A DNA stretch of 64,000 bases from Blasia pusilla (Eukaryota). Of the stretch, positions 49,716-60,900 are shown piece by piece; the first letter of the stretch is position 1; each line of letters opens with the position of its first letter. The notes beneath the pieces are model-generated. The model worked only from the letters and a program-made list of their open reading frames with translations. It was not told the DNA's origin and did not search any database. A program made the translations under genes and the position numbers. The DNA is taken from positions 4,836,001-4,900,000 of the forward strand of contig CM114271.1 in the NCBI GenBank assembly GCA_050084515.1. The letters run 5' to 3'.

Positions 49716-52700
49716 CTATTGCCCTGACCGCCGCTTCCTCACAGAGTCCTGTATACAATACAAAGACTGAGTTTCTTCCCAGGTGACAAGATTCCCCCAC
49801 AATTCAATAATCTGCTCAAACAAAGATTACTGGAAACACAAGGAAGTCTCTTACAAGCACAATCAGCTATGCCCATCAACAACACACTCTTGCTATAAAT
49901 CCACTCCAGAACTAAGAAAAATTCAGAGTCTCAGCTTCATGAAAGGTGCATGTGACAAACCCGTCCGGCAGACATTGCTATCCGACTCCTCCTCTTGGGC
50001 ACTTCAGTGCGCTTCTCTGCAGCTGCAAGTTTCCTCAAGCTTGCTCTGTAGAGTAACAGTGTTCTCCCAATCTTTCCCACAGTCTGCCCTCCAGTTTCCT
50101 CCTCCAATTGTGATACAATTGCAGGCATTTCATCTGGGCAGTTCTCCAGTACTTTCACCTGATTTCAAAGGAAAATTACCAAATGTCAGAAAACGCACAT
50201 GGTACAGATCATCAGTACCGATTTCATAGGGAACTTCTCAGACGTTAAAAGAGAGCATATGATAGGGTTATCCAGTCCTATATCTTGTTTAAAAGCAAAA
50301 CTATCAGATGTCACAAAATACACACGGTACAGACAGGGCATGTGATAACAACTGTATGTTATCTAATTTCCTCCTGTAAAAGTTAAAACCTTACCTTTAT
50401 TATCTCATTAGCCTCCAAGGCATCACTAATTGAATTAACAACAGATGCACTCACCCCAAGCTTCCCAACCTACGGTCCAACATACGAATCCTTGAGTTAG
50501 GAGTCACACATACAATCTGAAGTCCATCATGGCGGTAGTACTCATAAAGCTGACACTGAACTCAAGTTAGACTGGATTTAATGCATCTCATCTCTTGTAA
50601 TAGTAGGTTACCTGCAATAGAGTAGCTTTAACTTCTCAGCCAGACTAACAACAACCAAGCTACCCCATTTACATCATAGCTCTGAAATTGATGGGTGAAA
50701 TGCTTCCTGCTGAAAGGCAACAGACTCCTGAATATATTTCAGGGTATGTTCACCAGACACATGAAATGACCTCTATACCATAATAGTCCTCACCACTGAC
50801 ACCGATCACAATACTTACAATAATGGGAAGAAATTTCACACTGAATAGTTAACTCCTTTATCGGGATATACTAAAGGTTGTCCACTAGCATCAAGAGAAG
50901 AACACTTCCAATAGATGTATGATGATTGGAAAATAAGGCAATTCTAAAGCATATAACAGATACAGCCACAGCTTCAGACAGGTCCTTGTCTGGTATTCTC
51001 TGAAACTGACTCCAAGAGTGGGAATCAAGTTTTAGGGTCCTAGACCGCACTATTAGATGTGCACCTCCATGCAGAATAGTCTTGTTACATGGAGGTGCAC
51101 ATCCAATAGTGCCCTGTAGACATGCTTGTTTCCAGCATTACATAAAATTCCTGCCCTCTGGTAGTAAGTAGAGTATCACTGATATCTCCGCATTTCTCAT
51201 GGGATGATTACCAAGAGGAGGCCCAAGCCTTTCTGGGAAGATCTCACCAAAATTTTCCTCCTTACGTGCATGAATCTTTTCTCAGGTCATGATCGCATAA
51301 AGCTCCCATGAACCACAGCACTTCCACATCTATAACTACTCGTGGCTTGAGCTCAGATGGAGTATAACTGATTTCTCAGTACTTCTTAGAGGTTGTTCAC
51401 CAACATCAGGCCAAGGCCTTTTAGGGACAAGGTCATCATCCTTGAAATCAGCCTCCCTACAGTTAACATTAGGGAATTATTGACAACCTGGTCACCTAGG
51501 ATCCTACACTGCCCGCACGGCTTCAAAATATGCAACTACTACTGTCCTCTGATATGACACAGCAGTCCCAACCAAGTTCTGAGTACTCTTAGAGGTTTTC
51601 CATCAACATCAGCCTCTGGCCTGTTCACAACGATGTTATCCTCCTTAAAATCAATTACTCCAGCTGATGAGAAAGTTTCGAAGAACTTGCAAGAAACCTT
51701 CGCTGCCAATGCAGCACCATGATTTTCTTCTACAGCTATCTTCTGCTGGGACACAGCGGATCACTAATGACTTCTCAATACTGCTTAGAGGTTGCTCACT
51801 AATATAAGACGAAACCCTTCTCATAACACAATTGTCAACCCTACCAGTACATGACAAGCTAGAAACCTAAAATATCCACTCACCCTCATGGTCTACAAGA
51901 ACTTGCATTTCTGTTACGGCACACTCAATTGATTTCTCAGTACTTCTTAGAGGTTGTTTACCGACATCGGTCCAAGCCATTCCGGAACGAGATCGTCATC
52001 ATTGAAATCAACCTCCCTCAAAACAAAATGATCCCCTAAGAAGTATATTCAAATCTAGAAGCCTCCGATATCTACAACCTGTGAAATTCAGCACATGACA
52101 AGCTAGAAGCCTAAGATATCCACACACCTTCATTGTCTAGAAGAACTGGCACTTCTACTAGGGCACGCTTACTTGATTTCTCAGTACTTCTTAGAGGTTG
52201 TTTACCGACATCAGGTCAAGACCATTCCGGAACAAGATCATCATCATTGAAATCAATCTCCCTCTAATTTACGCGAATCCCCTAAGAAATTAATGAAAAT
52301 CTAGAAGCCTCCAATACGTGCAAAATGTGCAAACCCACATTTTGTTCTTTGCACAGAGTTGCATCAAGTTGAACTGGTTCCTCCAATATTCTTACAGATT
52401 GCACATCCATGTCAGGCGAAATCCTTTACCCAACAAAGCTAGCATTTTCAAGATTAGTGTCAATTCCTTCTAGGATACAAGATCTGCTGGAAAGATCTTT
52501 TACTCACACAGCTTAAGGGTTGGCACTGCTCTCCCTTTGTAAGGATTAAATACATTTCTACCATTACATGACAAGCTGTAGGACTCAAATATCCATGCAC
52601 CTTCACCATCTACAATAACTCACGTTTCTGCTAGGAAACAACACGTTCAATTGATTTCTCAGTACTTCTTAGAGGTTGTTTACCAACATCAGGATCAAGC

Positions 52701-54602
52701 CTTTCTGGAACATGATCATCATCCCTGAAATCAATCTCCCTCTTGCTTACAAAGATCCCTTAAGAAACGAATGAAAACCTAGAAGCGTCCCTTTTCTACA
52801 ACGCATTATAACACAGAACTCATCCTTCAAGCTCAGTTCAACAAGTTGAACTGGTTCCTCCGTGCTTACAGATTGCACCCAAATCAGGCCTTATCCTTAA
52901 CTCAGCAAAATTTGCATTTACGAGTTTAGTATCAATTAACAAGATCAACTAGAAAAATCTTGTACTCACACCGCTTTATAATTTACAACTGCTTACCATT
53001 AAAAATGCATAAAATGAATCCCAACCAGTACATGACGAGCCAGGAGCCTCAAATATCGAGGCACCTCCACGGTCTACAATAACTCACGTTTCTGCTAGGG
53101 AACTGCATATTCAATCGATTTCTCAGTACTTCTTAGAGGTTGTTTACCAACATCAGGTTCAAAGGTTTCCGGAAACAAGATCGTCATCCCCGAAATCAAA
53201 TCCACTCTTGTTTACATAGATCCCTTTAGAAATAAGTCATAAGAAGCCTGCGTTACCTACAGAACGTGAAAACCCACAACTCGTCCTTTACAAGGTTTCG
53301 GCGAGTTGAACTGGTTCCTCCGTACTTCTTACAGTGTGCATATCTACATCAGCCGGATCCTTTACAGAATAAGATTATCAGTCTTGAGATAAAATATCAA
53401 TCCCTCGATGAAAACAAGATCCGCTGGAAGGATCTTTTACTCGCACCGCTTCACACTTTACAACTACTCGCATTAGAATAGAGTGCAGCCCGTCTAAATG
53501 ATTTGTCAATACTTCAAAAATGTTATTGACTAACTTCAGGCAACAACCTTCCAGGTACCAGATCATCATCCCAGACATCAATTTCTCACCGTTACAAACC
53601 GCTTAATGAAAAGAATACTAAACTGGAAACCATGATTATTAAGGTTAACCACAGTCTGCAACAAATCTTTCACTCAGACAGGTCTCCGAGAGTTCTACTT
53701 CTTAGATATATTTTGTCGGCATCAGGCAGACGCCTCCGCGGAAAATGATCATTCGCGCTCCCGCTAGTAGACATCCCTCAGTGACTACGGGTTGAGCTAG
53801 CGAAAACTCCATATTCCAGGACCATTCAGAGTGTATGCCCTGATTCATTGTTTCTTATCTAAGATCACTTGTGGCCGACAATTGCATGTTAAACTCGACC
53901 ACATTCGTCGTATGTGAAGCAACAAGCCACTATTAATCACAGGTTCTTAGTATCTGGCCATACACGGGATCATGACACTAACATTTCACATGCTCTTATT
54001 GACTAATTAAGCAAGACATGTCAGGGAGTGACACAGTTCAAGTAACTGCGTTGAACATTGGCATAAGGTACCAATCACTACACCAACATTTCTCTAGTTG
54101 GAAGGTGATTCACGACGAAGGTCAAGTCTCAAGGAAAAATTTGACAAAGCTTCCGCCAGCACTGAAGTCTACAACGTGACAAGCGACCGATGCGAATTCA
54201 TAAAATCTTGGAGCTGAATATCAAAGGATGCAGGAAAGCAGTTACACACAGAGGCACCTGCTGCACGTTTATATCTTTCCCGAGTTGATGCGCGTACGCC
54301 CGGAGCTCCTTCTTCTCCTTGTTTCCGAGGAGCTGGAAGCCTTTGCTTCCAACATGTCCTTTGTCATCTTCGACAGCTGGAATTCCCAATGCCGCAGTCG
54401 TCACCCAGCCGTTAGCTCGCCCTGTCGAAGTCGATAGCGCTCGAGAAACGCGAGCTCTCAAAGCCACCAAGGAAGAAATCGGAATCCGAACTTCGACCCA
54501 TGGCAACCTCGCAAATGTTTGGGATTTTGTGGAACACAGTGTAGTCGGCTTCACGGCGAGATATGTGCAAAAGAACCGCTCGGTTGCTACACCCATCGCC
54601 AT
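49716..54602 (-). CDS. Single CRM-domain (CRS1/YhbY-like) RNA-binding protein with a transit-peptide-like N-terminus (~216 aa)
   Basis: Exons 54602-54258, 50469-50395, 50158-49961, 49748-49716 (last exon less certain). Spliced domain LGNKEKKELRAYAHQLGKDINVQQ|VGKLGVSASVVNSISDALEANEIIK|VKVLENCPDEMPAIVSQLEEETGGQTVGKIGRTLLLYR matches the YhbY/CRM pattern (GxxG, ELIKVK-like, IG.T.LLYR). N-terminus is S/T/R-rich and poor in acidic residues. Confidence 0.9.
51047..51112 (-). other. 25-bp-stem hairpin in CRM intron 1
   Basis: Minus strand: GCACTATTGGATGTGCACCTCCATG-16 nt-CATGGAGGTGCACATCTAATAGTGC; the only non-Watson-Crick position is a G-U pair. Confidence 0.7.
51368..51451 (-). ncRNA. U61: Box C/D snoRNA, U61/SNORD61-like (18S rRNA 2'-O-methylation guide)
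   Basis: CTGATTTC-aagg-ATGATGA (C)...CTGA (D')...AACCTCTAAGAAGTA-CTGA (D)-GAAATCAG: terminal stem plus a guide antisense to 18S ACUUCUUAGAGG. Confidence 0.8.
51929..52011 (-). ncRNA. U61: Box C/D snoRNA, U61-like
   Basis: TTGATTTC-a-ATGATGA...CCGA (variant D')...AACAACCTCTAAGAAGTA-CTGA-GAAATCAA. Confidence 0.78.
52173..52256 (-). ncRNA. U61: Box C/D snoRNA, U61-like
   Basis: TTGATTTC-a-ATGATGATGA...CTGA...AACAACCTCTAAGAAGTA-CTGA-GAAATCAA. Confidence 0.82.
52650..52735 (-). ncRNA. U61: Box C/D snoRNA, U61-like
   Basis: ATTGATTTC-aggg-ATGATGA...CTGA...AACAACCTCTAAGAAGTA-CTGA-GAAATCAAT (9-bp terminal stem). Confidence 0.85.
53115..53199 (-). ncRNA. U61: Box C/D snoRNA, U61-like (variant C box ATGACGA)
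   Basis: TTGATTTC-gggg-ATGACGA...CTGA...AACAACCTCTAAGAAGTA-CTGA-GAAATCGA. Confidence 0.7.
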
Positions 54603-55824
54603 CGCCTTCCACGCTACACAATCCGCCTAGTCCTCAATCACCGGCGCTTACGCGCTCCTCTCTCGAACCGCTGCATGCGTATACTCTTGTGGATGGCAAA
54701 ACCCTGCGCCCCTTTAATCGTTGAAGGTTGTCTCTGTGTGCCCTAACTTTATTCGTCGGGGACGCCTTCGTCCTAAACTCAGGTTTATCGAATTTTAGGG
54801 CGTTTAGGGTCCTTTCACGGGTTAATTCGTGGGTACCCTTAAAAAAAATCATATTTATACCCTAAAGTAGTGGACGTTGTGCCCATAACAAAATAAAACA
54901 AAAAAGCATATGATACCCTTATTTTATTTTATTTTATTTTCTAGGCTATCCAAGTGTCCTATGGCACACTTTTGATAATTGCTTTCTCCCCACCCCTCTC
55001 AGGACCCGGTCCCATGCGGCTGAGGTCGTCATGACTCGGCCCCATGGTCGCGGAGGTTTGTTGATCTAACGGATGAAATTGTTGGTACCTGAACAGAATT
55101 CGCGACGTCAATATGCATGGCGCGAGGTTTGCGGCCGTATCACCACCTATTTCCAACTGACGAGAAAGAGATAAGCCTACGATCGCAGTGACTCCCTCTA
55201 CGACCGTGCAAGGAGTCGACAGCATGGGACCGGGTCATCAAAAGGCCACATACTTGTTTTAATAGATACTTTACTTACACTTGAAGGAGACCTAGGAGAT
55301 GCGCCACTATATCCTCTAGCACCTCGCATTCAAAAGGAAATAAATAAATAAAAATGTTATGGATATGCCATAGAACCTATGCTTGGCAAGAATCGGTATT
55401 CTTTATAAAAATAGCGTGTTGAGAACGTGTGAATTTCGTTTGAAATCCAAAACTTTAGTCAAATTTCAGACGAGAAAATTGGGTTTTCTTAGTTAAATTT
55501 TAAAAAAACTGGCTAGAATGACAACATTTCTAACTGCCTTGAAAGTTCTCTCGAAAAATAATCGATGTGCCTAAAAATATTGCCCGAGTACCTCGTAGGA
55601 CGTGATTGCGCATCTCCTGAATCGTCGTCTAGTGTAAATTATGGTATCAAATATAATGAAACATCCTATTCTAATGCTTGACTTTAAAGTAGGCTTTAAA
55701 GTGAAGCATCCGGAAGACGTCGTGAGACTCATGTCTGGTTATATGCCTTATTAGGGTTCTTTAATTCTCCTCCATAAGGGATACGACGATTTCTAGAGGA
55801 CTAAACCCATGTCACGTATTTTTA

Positions 55825-56160
55825 TATAGATCGACAAGATCTAGTAGGACGCCTTCGAGGATAAAGGAGTATAGCCTCATGAGGTCGAGGATGACTTGCT
55901 GAGGCCACGGGTAACCTGAGAGAGGAGGTTTCCCCTTCATTTCTGCTCATTTGGAGTCATATATATTAACTTAATATTTTTGGTAAGTTTCCACTTCGAG
56001 CATAATTGACTTCCCATTTTGGGAATTTGCACTTGACCTCCTACAGCAGGTCAAGAGCTAAGGAGGTGAGTTGTGAGCATAGTTATTGTGGAGTGAGCTT
56101 GGGAGAGCGAAGGGGGTATGCGCAAGGAGAGAGACCTTTGAAGCTCATTTTCTCTTTGTA
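55825..56160. repeat. Dispersed repeat family A, copy 3 (truncated)
   Basis: Colinear with 3724-4060; ends where the non-LTR relic begins. Confidence 0.75.
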
Positions 56161-56249
56161 AACCTAACAAGTGTGCTCCTTCCAAAGGGTTTTGATAGCC
56201 CCTTTAGGATAAAAACAAGGCCTACCTAAGAGGGTCAAGCGGAACCCAT

Positions 56250-59200
56250 AAGAAGTACCAAAGAAGGGGAACTCAAGGAGTCAAGAATGTCAAGGCCACT
56301 CTTGGCCCAGGTGAAAGAAAGAAGGTGGTGTCCCCCCTACAAGCTAAACTCACAATAGTAGAGATATCAACTATGCCTAGAAAAACATGACTACAACTAA
56401 GAGGGCCCATAGTAGTAGTATCTACTACAGTCTTAGCTCTCCTTAAAAGCCCATTGTCTTGGGCACGCATCAAAGTCATGGAAACCAACTGCCCACTGTA
56501 AAGAATCACAATAGTTAAGGATAACCCATTTCTTGTGAGTGGCAATCCTCCCATCCCCAATTAGACAGCCTGCCGTAGGCGCACCGAGAGGATTCAAACT
56601 TTGGCAATACTCATAGCGTGTCAAACAAACCATCGATGGTTGGGGGAGAACCAACCAAATTTTCATTGTTGTGGCATAAGTAAGTGGTGCGATACAGAAA
56701 ACAAAGATAAGGGAGCGAGTTCCCGACCATGAACTTGACCCCTTTCACAAGCCAAGAGCAAATACATGCCAAAACCTCCGTGGGAATATCCCCATTAGAC
56801 ATAGTGCCTCCAAAGACTGCCTCAAAGTAGGCTTCCATCAAAGAAGATTGGAACCCACAGTGACCATAAGTAACGTAAGCGGAGAAAGTGGAGAGAATGG
56901 CTCTTAGGCTAGCCTCAACTACAAAGGAATCTATCTACAAGCATGCGCCCCTGACCTCTCATCCCCAATTGGACAGCCTGCCGAAGGCGCACCGAGAGGA
57001 TTCAAACTTTGGCGATACTCATAGTGTGTCAAACAAACCATCGATGGTTGGGGGAGAACCAACCAAATTTTCATCGTTGTGGCATAGATAAGTGGTGCGG
57101 TACAGAAAACCAAGAAAAGGGGGCGAGTCCCCAACCATGAACTTGACCCCTTTCACAAGCCAAGAGCAAATACAGGCCAAAACCTCCGTGTGAATATCCC
57201 CATTAGACATAGTGTCTCCAAAGACTGCCTCAAAGTAGGCTTCCATCAAAGAAGATTGGAACCCATAGTGACCATAAGTAATGTAAGCGGAGAAAGTGGA
57301 GAGAATGGCTCTTAGGCTAGCCTCAACTACAAAGGAATCTATCTACAATCACGCACCCCTGACCTCTCATCCCCAATTGGACAGCCTGCCAAAGGCGCAC
57401 CGAGAGGATTCAAACTTTGGCGATACTCACGATGTGTCAAAAAAACCATCGATGGTTGGGGGAGAACCAACCAGATTTTCATCGTTGTGGCATAGGTAAG
57501 TGGCGCGATACAGAAAAGCAAGATAAGGGAGCGAGTCCCCGACCATGAACCTAACTCCTTTCACAAGCCAAGAGCAAATATAGACCAAAACCTCCGTGGG
57601 AATATCCCCATTCGACATAGTGCCTCAAAAGACTGCCTCAAAGTAGGCTTCGTTTAAAGAAGATTGGAACCCACAATGACCATAAGTAACGTAAGCAGAG
57701 AAAGTGGAGAGGGAATCTATCTACAAGCACGCACCCCTGACCATGGGGCACTCTAAGGAGTTGCGTCCTAGTAGATCCTCAAACACCTATAGGATCTTCC
57801 TATCAAAAGATCTAAGGAGGGTTGAGAGTTTACTAGATATCCATATACTTCTAGTGAGATAACTTGGACATCAAGGAAAACAAGAGAAAATATCGTAAGC
57901 AACTTAGGGATCACCAATTCTTATAAAATCATTGATGTGGAGCATATCCTTAGAAAGGGTGTCGCCACAAAACTTAAGAAAAAATCTTGGCTCCCACTTA
58001 GGACTTTAAAGATGACCTCTGACACATATCATGAATCCATCGTGTTAATGAAGATCAATGGGTTGGCATGATGGAGACTATCTTGCACTTTCCCATCTTC
58101 ACCGCTAGGCTAATATGTGCCAACTCAATAGTAAAGTGTTGGAATACATGGAAAACTAGATCTCTAGGGCCAACAATATAAGTATCATTTTCCGATGAGC
58201 ATGAGGGGAAAATGCAACCTGGGAAAGCTTCCACCATAAGGAGAACCACTCGATAATAAGCCAAAGGAAAAAAAAAAAAGTACCACCTATGGGATCATCT
58301 TGCAATTGCTAAGTATTGGTGGTGGACTTCAACATTGTGACCTTCTCCTCAAGCTAACCGTGATTGAAATAAAGGGTCTAAGGGGTCCCATGAAAAGCTT
58401 ATACGAAGGGAATAAGGCTCGAAATGGGTTTACTTGTGTTTCTCAATATCACAAGCAAGATAGCTGCTTGTGATATTGAGTCATTCCCCACATCCACTTG
58501 GACAACCACCCACTCAAGACATCGAGACATGCCCTCAAACCTAATTTGACTATCTCTTAGTCATGCCCTCAAACCTAATTTGACTATCTCTTAGTCAATT
58601 GGCGTGGCAACCCCAAATTAATGCAGATTATAGTATGACTAGAAAGCCTAATTGAATTGCAAAGCAATATTCTGATTCACAAATAGTGATAGCACTTCAT
58701 CTTTACATGGCTATCAGATGAATCCCTCCACCCTCCTTCGACAATGCCAAAAGTTGCCATGGCCCCAAGACATGGACCATTGATACCGGTACTCCTCCCT
58801 AAGCTAGATGAGAGGCAACTTGGAGCAACTAGGAAAATCCACTAATAGAGTCCTCAAGAGGAAAGAAATCACGAAGATGTTCGTACATTTTACTTAACAA
58901 AGACTCGATTACAAACTTAGTGCTCGTGCAAAGAGGAATGGGTTGAGGAAAAAAACCATATGGGGTTGGAAGTCATACAAAAAAACTATAATGTTGACCA
59001 TTGGGTGAGGATGTAGCCTCTTGAGAGTATAAAGAGTAAAAATTGTTGAAAGCGCCATGCCAATAAGATGAATAGTGCAATCACAACTTGTGAGTACTCA
59101 CATGCGTCCAAGTATCCTACTTTGTTACAACCTGGCTACTACAAGATCATCCGGAGAAAACCAAGTCAAGCGCTATCTTATGCGTATGCCACAAACTTGC
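56250..59200 (-). mobile_element. Degenerate CRE-like (restriction-like endonuclease) non-LTR retrotransposon
   Basis: Decayed motifs in order on the minus strand: HVLGPWQLLALSKEGGGIHLIA (cf. LLAL.K..GGVRPIA), H*FGVATP...GLRACLDV (cf. QFGV..GG.E), QDDPIGG (QGDPLG), NDTYIVG...VFQHFTIELAHISLAVKMGKC (RT 5-6), then IWLVLPQP...YEYCQSLNPLGAP..GC..GDGRIATH (CCHC knuckle-like) and a possible RLE segment. Confidence 0.7.
56545..57745. repeat. Internal 408-bp tandem triplication
   Basis: Near-identical ORF-track peptides offset by 408 (56888/57296; 56611/57019/57427). Confidence 0.95.
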
Positions 59201-59455
59201 TATAAAGAGACTCCCAATCACCCCCTTGATTAAAAACATGTCAAACAACCCACGACCTCTCTATGTTCAGCCTTCCCTCCCTTGATATAGTAGAGACACT
59301 TTCGTGAAATGAGACGTCACAAATACCATCCGAGCTCATCTATAGGATCAAATGGACTCCGAGCTAGGGGAAGAAGGAAAGCATGATAGAGTCCATCAAG
59401 AATATCATGGGAAATCCTATAGAATAACCTTAAGTCTCAAAGAGACTTATGATGT

Positions 59456-60900
59456 TGTCACATATTATTTCGACGCAGGTAGAGTTCTATCGTGTCGACG
59501 GAATAGAGAGTCAGCAGGTTGTTCAGGTGTAACTTCGTCCCGAGATGTCGGATGAGGTTGGCGACATGTCTGTTTTGTCGGGAACGTCATTTATGGAGAT
59601 TTTCCTATTTTGGTCTTAGTCTGTCATGTGACGTGTTAATCGAGTCAATGGCCACCCGGTAACCTATGCATGCAGGTTATCGTTGGGAGGGTTATTTTTG
59701 GTGTTGCTGATGCAGATTGTCGAGAGAGAGCAGTCGGGTGTAAGAGGAAGTGTTGTGTCGGGTGTACATGAGCGAGTGTGTTGAGAAAGAGGAGAAGAAA
59801 GCTTTAGGGCTTGCAGCCACTGGGGGCTATCAAGTAAAGGGAAGCTAGGTTGGCTAGGGTTAGGTCGTATAGGTTATAGAGGTAGGTGCCTCAATTCGGA
59901 AGGGGATAGCATAGAGCTAGGGCCGCGTAGACCAGATACGTTCGGGCTTAGAAGACAACCGCGTGTAGGGTGGAGTTGAAGTATAAGCTGCACGGGTTGT
60001 TGTTGCATAGGGTAGTGGACCCAATGGGAGGAAGGCCGAGGCCAAAGGTAATCCGACATACGGAGGCCATAAGCTTGTAGTCGACGGAGTAAGGAAGTGT
60101 GGGGGTAAGTCCGGAGGGAGGAGAGGAACCCGTAGAAGGAAGGAAGTCGGACGGAGGTGAACCGAATGAGGATAGCTGTAGACAGAGAGGGAGCCAGGGC
60201 TGCATAGGGCGGTGTGCCTTGAGCTCCAAGGACATTGGAGGTGTCACCTCTTATTTCGACGTAGGTAGAGTTCTATCGTGTCGACGACGTAGAGAGTCAA
60301 CGGGTTGTTCGGGTGTAACTTCGTCCCGAGATGTCGGATGAGGTTGGAAACAGGCCTATTGTGTTGGGAACGTCGTTTGTGGTGATTTCCCTATTTGTTT
60401 TTAGTCTGTCGGATGATGTGTTGATGGAGTCAACGATCACCCGGTAACCTGTGCACGGAAGTTAACGTTGGTAGGGCTATTTTTGCAGGAAGAGCCTTTT
60501 GGCTCTTCTCAAGGGCGTAAGAGTGGGAGAGATGGCTTTCTCAAGCCATCTTTCTCATGTTGAGCCTTAGGAGCACCTCTCTTTCATAAACGTGTGTGGA
60601 TGTGAAGGAGTTAGGGTGCTAACATCAAGATTCCCTCATAGTAGAGGATGGATGTGTTTGATATGTCGACGTAGATTGAGGAGTGGAGTTTGAAGCCGGG
60701 TGAGCCATTTTTACTACTCTTGATTTTACATGAGAAAGATGCAAGGGGGAAGGGAATTTGTCGTTTGCACGTAGGCAAGCGAGTTGCCTCGGTGGGGAGC
60801 TCCTAGAGATGCGTGTGTGAAGTTTTGTGTGTTATTTTTGGTTTAGAAGGTTGTGGGCAGAAGCGACGTCCATTTTCTCAAATCTAGTTGGTGCAGGTTG
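59456..60900 (+). mobile_element. LTR family B fragments: two LTR 5' ends (59456 and 60242)
   Basis: ~240-bp direct repeat beginning TGTCAC...ttatttcgacg.aggtagagttctatcgtgtcgacg...gtgtaacttcgtcccgagatgtcggatgaggttgg. Confidence 0.7.

Larger units (their letters stand above)
51175..53760 (-). repeat. Intronic tandem array of about 13 box C/D snoRNA (U61-like) units, intact and degenerate, ~190-280-bp spacing
   Basis: Plus-strand core gatttctcagtacttcttagaggttgtt...tc(a/g)tcat...gaaatca near 51368, 51929, 52173, 52650 and 53115. Degenerate versions at about 51180, 51575, 51768, 52370, 52848, 53305, 53499 and 53686. Spacers are also homologous to one another. Confidence 0.85.

Noticed and set aside
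51390-52710. D' guides as 5.8S rRNA guides (CAAGCCTTTCTGG resembles a 5.8S segment)
   Set aside because: Imperfect match to a variable hairpin, not conserved among copies, and the species' rRNA sequence is unavailable.
51368-53199. CRISPR-like array (conserved ~28-nt core separated by variable DNA)
   Set aside because: Eukaryotic intron, no cas genes, and the spacers are long and homologous to each other; C/D boxes and an rRNA guide explain the core.
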